A stretch of 64,000 bases of DNA from Penicillus capitatus (taxonomy: Eukaryota; Plantae; Chlorophyta), in the NCBI GenBank assembly GCA_965649825.1, contig OZ287706.1:496001-560000 (forward strand), written 5' to 3'. Position numbers and translations under genes: made by a program. The stretch's first letter is position 1, and each line of letters starts with the position of its first letter. Positions 1-14,849 of the stretch are shown in pieces. The notes under the pieces are model-generated. The model ran no database searches. It had not been told where the DNA came from and worked only from the letters and a program-made list of their open reading frames with translations.

Positions 1-263
1 ACGTGCTGAATAAACCTCTCCTGCGCTATCCCCGAGATGTCTGTCAAGGCAGAGACGCTCTCCCCGACATCGCCTGCATCTCGCTCTACAAAGATGACGC
101 GATTCTGCAGATAAACGATTTCGTCATGACGGGCAGTCTTGCCGCTATGGCGAAGTCTCAGATCGAGTTCATGCAACTGGCGGTCGCTCGCGAGCAGACA
201 TGGGCGTTGTATGTGTGGAATCTCATGGAGCTCTCGAACATATGGATCTCTAAATTTCTCTGA
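1..263 (+). CDS. 3' end of an unidentified protein-coding gene entering from the left edge
   Basis: Open frame from the window start to TGA at 263 with protein-like composition; no family recognised. Confidence 0.3.
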   Translation, partial: VLNKPLLRYPRDVCQGRDALPDIACISLYKDDAILQINDFVMTGSLAAMAKSQIEFMQLAVAREQTWALYVWNLMELSNIWISKFL

Positions 264-384
264 ATCTGTCACATCATTTCTGTCTGGGCACTCGCTGTCT
301 ATCCAGGAATCTCGCTCAATGTATCACACACATAGAGGCAGGGGGCAGAAGCAATGTCTTTCTGTACATGATATCAACCAGTGT

Positions 385-939
385 CTATCTCGAGCGGTCT
401 TGCTGCATCTGTGCTTGAACTTGATGCTTAAGATGTAAACAGCAACCGAAGGCAAACAGAATTTCGTACCATACAGATAACGGCGCGATAAGAACTTGCT
501 GAAAAATGGCATCGAATCCAACCGGCTTGCGTTTCTCGTAGATGCCATGACCGAAGTGCCATTGCAGAAACCCCGCCAAGAGGTGCACAGCCAAAGCCCA
601 CGGCCAGGCTCTCGGAACAGAGAGTCTGTAAAAATTGGCCATCATCCACAAGGGCCATCCAAATCCCAGCAGCCATGAAAAACAGCTCAGAATACCGAAC
701 GAGGCATAATAGAGTGTATAGACCGCTATCACGAAGAGACTGGGATTGGCAGACCAGACAGACGTCGGCATCTCACTGGAATAGGTACAGAGAACAAGAA
801 AGGACCACAACAGGAGTGGCACTGTCAAGACATGCAGAATCCTGTTGATAGGATGCTGATGATATCGCGCGTAGGATGCCATCTGCACGGTCAGTCGATC
901 GGGGGCATCTTTAGAAGACGTCCTGCACACAGACGACAT
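385..939 (-). CDS. Mpo1/DUF962-like ER membrane protein (2-hydroxy fatty acid dioxygenase family)
   Basis: Intronless 184-aa ORF with YARYHQHPINRILHVLTVP, hydrophobic helices and QWHFGHGIYEKRKP, matching the YH..P.N..IH / GH..FE.R.P motifs of Mpo1. Confidence 0.85.
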   Translation of the reverse strand: MSSVCRTSSKDAPDRLTVQMASYARYHQHPINRILHVLTVPLLLWSFLVLCTYSSEMPTSVWSANPSLFVIAVYTLYYASFGILSCFSWLLGFGWPLWMMANFYRLSVPRAWPWALAVHLLAGFLQWHFGHGIYEKRKPVGFDAIFQQVLIAPLSVWYEILFAFGCCLHLKHQVQAQMQQDRSR

Positions 940-1348
940 CGTAGACGGACACCCTCACGTGATATGGACGGACTGTTGAAACGATGCCGATGTGGTGAGT
1001 CTTCTCGAAGATGTACTGCGTCCCACAGCGGCAGCCGCACTGCAGAAGGTAACGACGACGGTCGTGGGTGGGAAATGCGTCTTCGGTGTGTTACCCTGTT
1101 AACGTGGCGATGCGTTTGTGATGTTTCATGAATGGCTGGATGGAGTGCCGAATGCGAAGAACTGGCAGCCAGGCAGTGCGTCCGTCAGCAGGGGCGGGCG
1201 TGTCGTGATGTGACGCGTACGAAGACGCTTCCCATTTTACGTCCCTTTGTTTTCTGACTGAGGCACGTCATCGTCGATTTCTTCCTCAACCGATTTTATC
1301 TTCGTCGTGCGTTTCTGCAGTTGTGCAGCGTCGCGTCCTTTTTGCGTG

Positions 1349-4342
1349 ATGCCTCGGAAGCCCGTTCGTGCTTGGAACGCCACGGCTTCGCGTCGAGGTA
1401 ATGGCAGTGGGAGTGGTGCGACGGACAGTCGCAGTCTATCGCCACGGAGTTGCGAGCGCCTCACACCGCCGCTGCCTGAAGCTCCGCCAAAAACAGCGCC
1501 CTATAAACCGGCACTCGTCTTTGCGCTCACGTATTGCGTCGGACACAGTGTCTCTGTACAAGTACGTTTGTTCACACCGACCACCAGAGCGACGCACCGA
1601 AACGTGTCACATCGCTGCAGACACGAAATGGCGATTGCTTTGAAGGGATACTTCATACGCCAGGCCTCGTTCAATCGGATGTGCATTTCGTTTTGAAAAA
1701 GGCGAGAAAAACCATGCAGGAAGGGGGAGAGAAGGATTTTATTGAGAGATTGGTGATTCCATCCACTGAGGTCGTGCAACTCTATGCCAAGGACTTACCC
1801 ATTCATTCAGAACCGCCATCGCGTCCTTCATCCAGCCCTGTGATGATGATTCCTATGAGGATACAGGGAGACAATGTTGTTCCTTATCGATTCGGCGATT
1901 TTGAAGACATTGGATTTCTGGGAGACAAAGATCAGGAACGCTCTGGGGCTGGGTAAGTAAGATCCACAATCGACGATGGATGTGACACGAGCATCTCCAT
2001 CGCTTTGCTCTGGCAGAGGGGCCCACCCATGCCTCAACGTGTCTGTTTTAGATTGTTTGGACGGAAATTGGAGAAGTGGCAGCCTGAAGGAGACGGCAGT
2101 CTATTGGAATTTGATGATGCGGATCATGAGGTCGGGACGTGGGATCAATTTGCAGAAAACGAGAAGAAATTTGGTATCAAGACAGATTTCAATATGGACC
2201 TGTACACGACTCGACTCGAACCCGAGAAGAGCCGATATACGGTTGCTCAAGCCGAGAAACTGGCACGTGCGATCCAGAGTGCCAGCTCACCAAATCTCCA
2301 TCTCCAAGATGAACGCAATCAATTAGCTCTCGATGACTCAGGGGTCCGTCTCGGGGCGGTGCGCTGTCGAGCGTAGGTGCCTGTTTCAGGTTTCTGAAGA
2401 AATGTTGTATTCCACTGTTATGACGTCAGAGCAGCTAGGAGAGAAAAATGAGACAGACAGTGAGACGCCCAAAAAGAGTGAGACGCCAGAAAAGAACTCA
2501 CTGGAAGAGAAAGCGACTGCTGTATCACCCAAATCTCCGGAAGCCAAGAGACCAGGACCCATTACTCTCATCCTTCCTCAAAATCACAGTCGGCCTATGA
2601 TCATCAACAGTCGCCAGAATTCCAAACTCGATGCACGTGCTGAATTCAATAGAGTGGCAAAGCAAATTTCAAGTGACGTTTCTTGGTGCATGTCTGCAGG
2701 GCATGTGTGCGATACCTATGTCGCAGGTTTGAAGGCAATTCCACACGGATCACCGCTGGAGACATCTCCACTCGTCAATGACTTCGAGACCCTCAAGGCG
2801 TTGAATCTGACTCCTGGCATCGGAAGAAAGACACTTCAACCGGCCGATCGAGACAAATTCCGAAAATTCAAAGAAGAAAACGAACGCCATAAAAGAGTAG
2901 AGACTCGAGGAGAAGCTTTGGCGAAAATGCGTACGTTTCAGGTGAAAGAAGATAGGAGTCTCCTTCGCAAGACACCGACAAAGAGCGAAAACGGATCACC
3001 GTTTACCCAGACAGCAGCGGTTGTTAGCACCTCTGCCACGCCATCCGCCTTGGACCGTGATGCCGGTTTTGGCTCACAGATCCTGAAAGAGGAAGATAAC
3101 AATGTGGCCATCGTCACTTCTGTTATCACCGCGGGCGAGGAGATGCAGCAACCGCCAGAAGACGAGGAGGATGAGGAGACGGAAGATATGGAAGAAGAAG
3201 AAGAAGAACTAGATATCACACTGACAGACGCCAAGACGCAGCAGGAGTTGCCCCGTTTGATCACGGAACGTGATGGAGATGAAGACGAGCTGCCAGAAGA
3301 GAACAGCGGACGCGGATTGAATCCACACGCGATGCCTTTTAACCCAGGTCAGACGTATCCGAATAAATTTGCGTCGAATGTGCCACTGACGGAAAGTGAT
3401 GGCTCAGATTCCACAACAGCAGCCGCAGCAACGACAACAGCGGAACCGAGTCCGCGCGTATCGCCCACGAGAGATCTCTCAGAATCACCGACGCGTGATG
3501 TGAAGCCATTCTGTCCAGAGAGTTTAGAAGATTTTCCACCATTGCCGCCGCCACAGATTCCGGAAACGGTGATGACACCGGTGCCACAGCCGCCGCAGCA
3601 ACCGCCCGTCTTAATTCGTCCGCAGCCACCGCCGCCGCCTCCACGTGTGGTCACACCGCCGCCGCCGCCACCACCTGCCATGATGACGGAGGTGCGACCA
3701 GCGCCGCCACCCATGGTGGTGCCTATGGTGATGCGTCCTCCACCGATTCGACAAAATCGACAGAGTCCTTCTCCGGGAAGCCATCGAACGCCGCCAACAG
3801 CAATGCATCAGGAGACGCAGCAAAGCATGATGCATGGCAATCCACCACCAATGATGCCTGTGCCGCATTCCGGAGGGCCGCCATCTCAGAGCAGTGGCCC
3901 AACCCATCCATCCAATGGGCCGCCGCCACAGATGATGTCAAACATGATGTCGCACATGAGTGGCGCCATGCATATGATGCCTCAGCCCATGGCACACTAT
4001 CCATACTCTGAGATGGCTGGTCGTGTGCCGATTATCTATCCCTATGGTGGTCATATGGCACCCGTTCCTGGACCCCCTGGACCTCCTGGTCAGCAAAACA
4101 ATCCTAACACAGATCAGCCCATGCCGCCGCCACATATGGTCTATCCAGCCTACTATCCGGCTCCGATGTCATCCTATCACGTGTCGTCATATGTCCCATC
4201 TGTCATGCAGCCAGGATTACCGCCTCAGTACGTTCCGGTGGCACCAGCACCGATGACGCCTCAACGTCCTGGATCGGGCCCGCGTCCAAAAGCTCGTCGC
4301 AAACCGGGAAGCTTTTTCTACGGTGCACCCAGAAGAGGATAG
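1349..4342 (+). CDS. ATXN2: Ataxin-2/Pbp1/CID3-4-like RNA-binding protein (LSm, LsmAD, PAM2, Pro/Met-rich tail); multi-exon
   Basis: LSm-like VQ|TRNGDCFEGILHT, LsmAD WDQFAENEKKFGIKTDFNMDLYTT, PAM2 LNPHAMPFNP (~3318-3347); GT-AG introns near 1562-1620, 1953-2050 and 2345-2390. Confidence 0.88.
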
Positions 4343-4945
4343 CAGCGATGTGGACGATAAAGCTCCCGAACTTTGTGTGTGTGTTCGTTTTGTTAAGTTA
4401 AGGCATGGCGCTGCTCTGATTGTGTGCTGTTCTGTTGTTTTGCGTTCCGTCCTGTGTCTTCTGATGGAGGGATGAATGGGCTCTCACACTGAAGAATCCC
4501 GCTCACACATTTTATGTGTAATCCTCTTGTGTCTCCCATTCTGCCACCACTTCGCTCTTTCATTTTCTATGCTTTTGTGTTTGCCGGCCATATGATCTGC
4601 GTGTTCATTCATTTTTTGACACATGACAGACAGCCGATTCAATAAATGGCAGCGGCATCAACAGCAGCTTCGTCATGGACAGCTTGTTTCGTGGATGCGT
4701 CTCTCTGATTCAGCGCAAGGCGATAAATGCGTTAATTCAGTGATCGTGTGTCTACCTCCCTCCTCTGCCATTCGATACCGCATCCCGGGCTCTTCCACGT
4801 CGCTGTCACATCCAAGATGATGGCCATTAAATTCACGATTCCCTCGCAAAGACAAACGCGTTTTTGGCGGCGGACTTCGTTTCTATCTTCTCCACCTCGA
4901 CGCACGCATCTCTGCCTTTCCTGAACGTACACACATCCGGCCATC

Positions 4946-6401
4946 ATGGGAAAGCAAAAGGAGCACTTGAGCATCGTCGTTATCGGCCACGTCGACTCCG
5001 GCAAGTCGACAACGACGGGCCATCTCATCTACAAGCTTGGTGGCATTGACAAGCGTGTCATCGAGAAGTTTGAGAAAGAGGCAGCCGAAATGAACAAGAG
5101 ATCTTTTAAGTACGCCTGGGTAAGACCATTCATGTGTGCGTTCGTTCGGTCGTCCGAGGCGGCGTCACTGCACTCTAGGTCCTGGACAAACTCAAGGCCG
5201 AACGCGAACGTGGCATCACAATCGATATCGCTCTGTGGAAATTCGAGACGTCGAAGTACTACTGCACCGTCATCGACGCTCCCGGCCATCGCGACTTCAT
5301 CAAGAACATGATCACTGGAACATCTCAGGCTGATGTCGCCGTTCTCTGTATCGATTCGACGCCTGGAGGATTCGAAGCAGGAATCTCTAAGGATGGCCAG
5401 ACGCGTGAGCATGCATTGTTGGCCTACACCCTCGGAGTCAAGCAGCTCATCTGCGCCTGCAACAAAATGGACGCCACAGAGCCAAAGTACTCCGAACAGC
5501 GCTACAACGAAATCAAGAAAGAAGTCAGTGCCTATATCAAGCGCGTCGGGTACAATCCGGATAAGGTCACTCTTTAGCATACATCGCAAAACGATGTGGA
5601 TTTCATGAGATGTGGTGTTAGGTGCCATTCGTACCGATTTCTGGATTCAATGGGGATAACATGTTGGAGAAGAGTGAGAATATGACGTGGTATAAGGGTC
5701 CCACTCTTTTGGAGGCACTTGATATGATGAATCCACCAAAGAGACCTCTCGACAAGCCATTGCGTCTGCCTCTTCAGGACATCTACAAGATTGGCGGCAT
5801 CGGGACGGTTCCGGTGGGACGTGTGGAGACCGGTGTGTTGAAGCCGGGTATGGTGGTGACCTTTGCGCCTTCCGGCCTGACCACAGAAGTCAAATCCGTC
5901 GAAATGCACCACGAGTCCCTTACCGAGGCCGTTCCTGGCGACAACGTGGGATTCAACGTCAAGAACGTCTCCGTCAAGGAGTTGAAGAGAGGCTACGTCT
6001 GTTCGGATTCCAAAAACGACGCAGCGATGGGCGCCGGCAAGTTCCAGGCACAGGTGATCATTATGAATCACCCGGGTCAGATTTCCAATGGCTATACACC
6101 CGTGTTGGACTGCCACACGGCACACATCGCCTGTCGCTTCGATAGCATCACGCAGAAGATCGATCGCCGTTCGGGTAAAGCACTGGAAGAGAATCCGAAG
6201 TTCATCAAGAATGGCGATGCGGCATACGTGGATATGATTCCATCCAAGCCCATGTGCGTCGAGGTTTTCACGGAGTATCCTCCGCTCGGTCGCTTTGCCG
6301 TCCGCGATATGCGCCAGACGGTAGCGGTGGGTATCATCAAACAGGTGGAGAAGAAAGAAGTGGCTGGCAAGACGACCAAAGCCGCTCAGAAGAAGAAGTG
6401 A
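4946..6401 (+). CDS. EEF1A: Translation elongation factor EF-1alpha (canonical, not EFL); 2 introns
   Basis: [43 protein letters not shown]; introns ~5120-5178 and ~5567-5620; TGA at 6401. Confidence 0.98.
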
Positions 6402-6727
6402 CTATTGCCGCATGCGACGTGGAATCGCCTCGCTCTTCCGCGTCTGGACGATCGGCTGGCTTACTTTCTTTTCCTTGCATCGAAGCACCGCCAGAATTGG
6501 GTTTTGGATTTCAGATGGCGCGTTTATGCATGAACATGTTGATGAAAATCTCGCTTGACGATGATCATGATACGGACCATCATCGCAACCGCGCACATCC
6601 CCATCGCGTCGTATCGCGCCAACCTTCTGGGCAGTTCTCTTCGAACGCAGGCTGCTGCTGCACGTCCAACGTCGAGATATAAACGACGGACTCCAAAGCC
6701 GCGACGCTTTTCGAGACGGTCATCGCC

Positions 6728-7859
6728 ATGACGAAGAAGGAAGGAGTACCTTTGCCTGGAGATATCGTCCAGCGCGATTTCCGCGAAGCTCTGCCGAAGG
6801 AAGACGTCACATCTCCTCGGCCGCTGCGTATCGTCCAGTGGAATATCGAACGTGGTTACGAGCTGCCTGGTATCATCGCCGAGCTACAGGAATTGGATGC
6901 TGACATCATCGGCTTGCAGGAAATCGACGTGCACTGCGAGAGGTACGCTCTCCTGCACGAGCAGTCCACTGCACAGCATCGTTCTCTGCAGGAGTGGCGG
7001 ATTGGACGTCGGTATAGAAATTGCACGAGCCCTCAAGATGAACTACGCCTTTGCATGCGAATTCGAAGAGCTGCATTCGACAGCACGTGTCGCTCGCGAT
7101 CAAGGCGGCGGCGTCCACGGCAATGCCATTCTCGCTCGGTTTGGTTTTGCCTCCGTCAACATCGTCCGCCATTCGCATCATCCCATCGACTGGGAGGCCG
7201 AGAAGCATCCGAAGACCAAGACGGAGCCACGTCGAGGTGAACGACTCGCGATCTCCGCCGTCGTCGAGCTACCGACGCATGACGATGCTCTTGTCGTTTA
7301 CTCGTGTCATCTCGAAGTCTTCTGTGGCATCAGTCATCGCCTCTATCAGTTTAGTGATATTCTGCGCGACAGTCGGATGAAAGCGAAGGAGGGCTACAAG
7401 ACACAAGTGATACTCGGCGATCTGAATACCATGGCAGATGGCGCTGTCCGTTTTCTCCCTCTCTTTTGTTCGGATCATCTACGGTTCAAGACGTTGGGCA
7501 TCCGCGAATCGACTTTCTGGAAACAGAATCTGTTTCATGTTCTCGACTCTTCCGATCAGCACCTGATGCACGACGAGAACGGCCGGCAGCTGAATCGCCG
7601 TCTGCTGCAGTGGGGGTTGGAGAAGGAGTACTGTCATCATTTGATCAATCCCGGCTTCCAGGATCCGTGGGATACAGAGAAGGACGTGACTTTGCAGAAA
7701 CCTCGTTCCAAATGGGCTTACTGGAAATTCGTTTCCGGGAAACTGGATTGGCTGCTCGTTCAGAATCTGAATGTCGTGGAGAAGTTCGTTGGAAATCATG
7801 ATTACCGTCATTCCGATCACAAGTGGCTGATGGTAACGGCAACACCGTTGCAGAAATAG
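6728..7859 (+). CDS. Endonuclease/exonuclease/phosphatase (EEP) family protein; 1 intron
   Basis: IVQWNIERG, DIIGLQEID, GNAILARF, ILGDLNT, GKLDW, SDH motifs; intron ~6943-6991. Confidence 0.9.
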
Positions 7860-7896
7860 GCGAAAGACATTCTTTACCAACACTGTATGCAACATT

Positions 7897-8622
7897 TCAT
7901 TCTTCCTCGACCTGTTTCTGCAAAGGATCGTCTGTGTCGTCGTCGATCGTATCCGGTGTCGTCGCTGCCAGAATGTCCTCGATCTCACAAATGCGCAGAA
8001 TTCGGATAGCCGTCAGCTCCTGCGCCGCGAATATCTCGGCGTCACGAGAGGCTATCGATGTGACAGAAGCTTACCGGTGTGTGGTACTTCATCCGACGGT
8101 AGCCCTTTCGTCGTTTCTTCTTGAAAACCATGATCGTGGCATCTTGGCATTGCTCCTGTGTCCGTCACTGTCAAGCGTGTAGGAGAGATCACTGTGAGGT
8201 CTGACCTCGACGACGGCCTCGACGTAGGAACCAGTTATGAAAGGCCGCCCGACGATGGTTTCGTCTTTCGATGCCCAGACGAGAACTTTGTGAAGGTGGA
8301 TCTCGGAGTTGACGGGAAGCAAAGGGATCTTGTCTGTGAAGATTTTGTCGTCCGGTGTCACTTTGAATTGATGAGGGCCGAGCTGCACAATGGCAAAGCA
8401 GTCCTGCTGCGTTACGGATAGACGCTCTCCCTTTATCTTTCTGGTGATCGTGTAGTCGGGGAAGGCGTCGAGTAGCTTAGGCGGTTCGATGGGCTGAAGG
8501 AAAGGGTCGCGGAGACATCCGTGTTTGGACTTCTCGAGCTCGTAGTTCAAAGTCCCTGTGGATAGAGACGAGGCTAGAACAGGAAAAAGGCGTCGTGACG
8601 ACAGCTGACGCAGGAGAGCCAT
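7897..8622 (-). CDS. MRPL21: Organellar ribosomal protein bL21 (probably mitochondrial); 2 introns
   Basis: FAIVQLGPHQFKVT, IVGRPFITGSYVEAVVE|EQ, VFKKKRRKGYRR; N-terminus resembles a mitochondrial presequence. Confidence 0.88.
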
Positions 8623-8752
8623 GAAGAGAATGTGATTGAATGCTACTTGATGACCATCTCACCGTCTTGCTGTCTCAATCAGTCACGTCGCGAGACTGAC
8701 TTCATTTGAGCCTTTTGGTCTATTACGTTTTGAAACGTTCTTCGGTTTTTGT

Positions 8753-9258
8753 ATTGCACGAGCGAGTGCAAATGGGGCATAATTCGACAGGCGGCAACGC
8801 GCCGACAAAGCAATTGGCGACGAAGGCTGCGAAAAAGTCGGCGTGAAGAAGCCGCACAGATATCGCCCCCAGAAAATGTGGTCCTTCGCTAAGACACCCT
8901 CGATAACGCAACGCGCCGCACGGACATACAAACGTCGACGTCCTAGTCAACTGTCGGCGACGGGTTTCCCTTCCGATGCACGCTTTACGTTCATTGACTG
9001 TCTGTCTGTCGCTGACACCGTGTGGTGTTGCGTAGTGAGACCCGCAAATCTCAGAAGTCCACAGAGCTTCTCGTCCGCAAACTCCCGTTCCGACGTCTGG
9101 TCCGCGAGATAGCTCAAGACTTCCAGGTAAGCGCCACTTAGAGGTTTCGGGCCGATGACCATATCTCTGTTTGTCGAAGACGGATCTGCGTTTTCAGAGT
9201 CATGCTGTATTGGCCCTCTAAGAGAAAGCTGAGGCACACCTCGTCGGTCTTTTCGAAG
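8753..9258 (+). pseudogene. Histone H3.3 pseudogene (intron-containing, 3' truncated)
   Basis: Decayed [53 protein letters not shown]|gtaag, FQSHAVLAL*EKAEAHLVGLFE; ATG lost, frameshifts, TAA at 9219-9221. SHAVLAL is the plant-type H3.3 signature. Confidence 0.9.
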
Positions 9259-9767
9259 GTGCGTCTTCCTTTCTTAGAACGCAGACAGGCGCCGCATGTG
9301 TGTGGGTGCTACGGGGAAGTCGTGATGACAAGGACTGAGAACTGTCTGTGAACTTCGTGTTGAAGTTCCTTAGAAGTTTCTAGAATCTCATTGGGAACTC
9401 ACTCTTGAACTTCACGGGGTTTTCCTCGCTTGTCCTATCGGTCTCATCATTAGAGGAGTATTTAAGCGAGGGTCGGACACGCAAAATATCTTTCGCTCGA
9501 CACCTAACTTTACACTTATATCTGTAAACTGCATACATACATTCTATTGTCAAAAAAACGTGCTGTCTATCGTGGTCGTAACAAGCTGTCTCTTGGCTGC
9601 GCCTTTGGTTTGGCCTCCGTTATCCTTGCCCATCTTCATCTTGCTTCAAAACTTCCGCTGCGTTTGTGTGATGAGCTAACGCGTGAACGATCCAGGCGCC
9701 AATTCTCTTCCTCCGCGTCTCTCTGGTTAGGACGGCCACGGAAAGATACGTGTTTATGCAGAGGATA

Positions 9768-10515
9768 TCATGAGGGAGGTGGAGGGTCAGGCTGCGAAAG
9801 AGAGTTCTTTACACTAACGTCCGCAGACTTAATGTCGCTTGCGCTGCACGCCTTGCAGGAAACCCCGTTTCCAGAAAGCACTTCGTTGATCCCGCAGCTT
9901 CGCATGATCACTCTCAGTCGGTAGCTATCGAGATGGCCCTCGTCGAATGCAAAGAGATCCGTGTACGAGCTTGGTCGCGTGAACTCAGTCTTCCTGAGCT
10001 CTACACTCGCGGACTGGAGCAGAAGATTCTGATTCTCTCTTCTGGAGATGACACGGTCGAGGCGATGATAGGACAATCTCGTACGTCGCAATGAATGCCT
10101 TGGTAAACTAGAATCCGTCCAGAGTGGAAACGATATGGTTCGGTATCTGTGCTGAGTTGTGGTGCGACGCTGGGACGACGTTAGCGATCAGGAGCTCCCA
10201 CAGTGCCGCTAAGGCAGTGCTCGTGAACTCAGTTGGCATCGACGCATTCGGACCTTATGCCGTCGAGAAAGGGAGTTGTGTGCTCGAAGGCGCCAACCCG
10301 ATCTCCTTGTCGAATGTGCAACACCATCTGCAGAGGCGAAACGAATTCTCGATACCGCGTGTCTTCGAGAGGTTCGCCGTATTCGTTTTCCGATCGCGTC
10401 GTTCGTCGAAGTGCCGTGTCGACGTTTGAGATTTCTCGCTCAGCGCGAGAGGACACCACAACGAGGTTGATTGATTCATCGCGAGGTCCAAATCGGAATC
10501 GGAGGTCGCTGTCAT
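9768..10515 (-). CDS. Hypothetical multi-exon protein divergent from MetAP2
   Basis: Several protein-like frames (EFVSPLQMVLHIR, ALAALWELLIANV, TDLFAFDEGHLDSYRLRVI) separated by possible GT-AG introns; no family recognised. Confidence 0.3.
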
Positions 10516-10555
10516 TTTGATTCCTTTTGACGCACGAGTCGGAGAGCAAAGGAAA

Positions 10556-12200
<1,645 letters not shown>

Positions 12201-12548
12201 AGCGGCGAAGACGAGACATGTGTTTGGTCCAGAGGACAAACCTGTAATGTCATCCATGATCATTGTTGGGTTCACTGTGCAATGCGCGCGCTGCCCGATC
12301 CTTGACAAGTCAACCGCGTTGATTCTCACACAGCTGTCACATCAGATCAAGCCTGAGACGTAGATCGCTGTCTGACATGCATCGCCGTTCTTTCGCCGTT
12401 GGACGACGATGACAGTGTTCGATCAATCCTGGGTTCATTTAGAAGTGTGCCAGTGCACCTTGTGTTTGGGCCCGAGTCTCGGGGATACACTACACGATAC
12501 GTTTCAATGCTCCGCATGTGGAAAACTGAACGCTTCCGACGCGGTGAT

Positions 12549-13777
12549 CTACATCTGTCTCCCTTCTTCCTTTGGCGTCCTGAAGCCGTAGGTCTTGACC
12601 AATCGGATCTGCGCCAACGAGAAGACAGCCTTGATGATGCGTGCATAATCCGTCCCAATCGACTTCAGCATCACGTCAGTTGCCAGCCAGGCCCAGAGCA
12701 ACGGACCCAAGAGACCCAACGTCCCATTCACTGAACTGTAACGCGCCACCGCTCGGGTCACGCCTTTGTGCGTTGCCTACACACAAACCATCGATCAACA
12801 GGGATGCTTCGTCGTGATGGTACAGGCGAATCCAACCTCCACGCTGAGACGTTTCCTCAGGTGATGCAGCCCTCGATGGTATGCAGCTCTCAAGGCTGTC
12901 TCGTAGCGCAGTCGATGTCTCACGACATCGACTCCCAGTCTTTCCAACAGCGCTCGCCGTATGACGGATAGAGTCAGGGCGCCGCCGAGTTTGGACATCA
13001 TGGATACCAACTCGTCCTTTCCCAGGCGCAGTGGAGCCAGAAGACGACTCCACCAACCTCGGGAGTGCACAGAGGTTCCCATGCCGTCTCCATTCTGGAA
13101 GGTGTTGACCAGGTCGTTTCGCTGAGGCTGATCGGCGATGTACTGCTGGCAGTTGGCGAGAAGATATAGATAGATCTCCGTCTCCAAATCTTCCGTTTCC
13201 AGATGTCTGGGACATCGAATCTCGAACCTTGAAATCTCACACTTCTGTCACATCATCCATCCACTGCACGATCACACCTGGATTGGATGTGCATGAGCGT
13301 CTCTCGATAGGTCGGTCGGTAGCCTCGCAGTGTCTGCATGGATGATGCTGCCAGGAAACGAAAACGCGATTGGATTTTGCGCATCACAGTTGTCCTGCCA
13401 CGGTACTCGACGGCCGCCGGTTCTTTCTCTACCACCAGGCTTTTGACGAAGGGACTGAACAGACTGGGAGCAAAGAGTGTGTCGTAGAGGAGCTCCAATT
13501 CCTCGCGATTACACAATTCCAGCACCTCCCAGAGATCTCGGTCGACATCGCAGGGGGAGGAGGGACGATCCGAAGCGACCTCGCGCACTGCTCGGCACCG
13601 TGTCGAAGGCGATAGAGTCATGCGATGAAGCGATTGGCGGGAACGCTCGACGATACGCTTTCGCGTCGGGCGTCGCTTTGGAGCGGCCGAACGTCGGACA
13701 AAGAAAAACGGCCCAGATCGTACGACCGTCTGCATCGCTGCCGTTCTCGGCAGTGCGGCGATGTCGTGTCGCGTCAT
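12549..13777 (-). CDS. Plastid-type YaaW-like conserved protein (cyanobacteria/plant family); multi-exon
   Basis: LELCNREELELLYDTLF, RFRFLAA, YRETL, LGLLGPLLWAWLATD...TDYARIIKAVFSLAQIRL; transit-peptide-like N-terminus. Confidence 0.7.
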
Positions 13778-13801
13778 CTGCTTTCGGACGCGTGTCGGTC
13801 G

Positions 13802-14219
13802 CATGGCAAGTTTCGATGTGCTGGGATGGCTCGAACTCTATCGATCCGGCGACACGACGCCCGTCTCTATCGACCAACCGACCGAGACAGGCGCCTGCTG
13901 GACGCGGACGTCGAATCTTCTGGGCGGCGAATACAAATATGGTGACAAGACAGGTCCGCCAACCACAAGAAAGCACGGCGATATGCGGACGATACTGTAC
14001 AGGACTCCTGTCTTATCGTCCCTGTTCGCCTCCCTGTTCCTTGGCCGAAGGCTTTCCGGAAAAATACATCCCGAAGCCGAAGGAACGCTCGGTGCACGTG
14101 GAGATCATTCTGAGAGCGCTAAAGAAGACAGGCGTGATCTTCGAGGACTTTACGATCATCTCTTTCGCAATAACGTCAATAAGATCTGCAATACGATGAC
14201 GGACAACACGGCGTCATAG
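13802..14219 (+). CDS. Hypothetical small protein, exon structure unresolved
   Basis: ATG at 13802 and a protein-like downstream frame (GFPEKYIPKPKERSVHVEIILRALKKTGVIFEDF); no family recognised. Confidence 0.25.
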
Positions 14220-14849
14220 GCATTGGACGCCGTTTGCGGTTCGGATTTCCCGAAAACGACCTTTCTGAACATTCGTGTCATAACATGACCCGCATCACCG
14301 ACCGATGACGTCACGTATTTGTGAATGGTGTATGTAGCTTACAGAAGGGAAAGAGTATCCAGCTTCAGAGAGATACTGTTACTTTGGGTACAAGTTTGAG
14401 ACGATGTGTACGGGCAGAAGACGAGAGAAGAGGCGTTCGCTGAAGACAATCGGTCCACTTGAAAAAAAGCAACTCAAAAGTAGAGTGCATCATCCTGACT
14501 GTTCTGGACGAGAAATTCGAACATTCACGGAGTCCTTGTTCAGCTTATCTGTGTGAAGTCGGTTTAGCAAAAAAAATCATCAACAGACTTCAAGAATGGT
14601 CAGTCGGTTTAGAGAACGTTCTTCCGCTTTCGCTACTCTGCGCCGGAGAATTCGTTGCGACAAACAAAAGAAAAGAATGTGACGATAAGCCTTGCGTCGT
14701 CAGGAGCAATAGTAATCTGTCTTTCGCCATCCGCCACATATCAAAGAGCTATTCCTAGACGACAACTGCACGAGAGGATCACGTTCGTCTCGCAAAAACG
14801 TGTCGCGTTTGGCGACACAGCCCTTGTTCGACGTGCCTGCTTTGGCGAG

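Noticed and set aside
9350-9383. Helitron-like 3' end (GAACTTC/GAAGTTC hairpin 11 nt before CTAG) after the H3.3 remnant
   Set aside because: The stem is short and AT-containing, CTAG is followed by A rather than T, and no matching 5' TC end or second copy was found. Chance is plausible.
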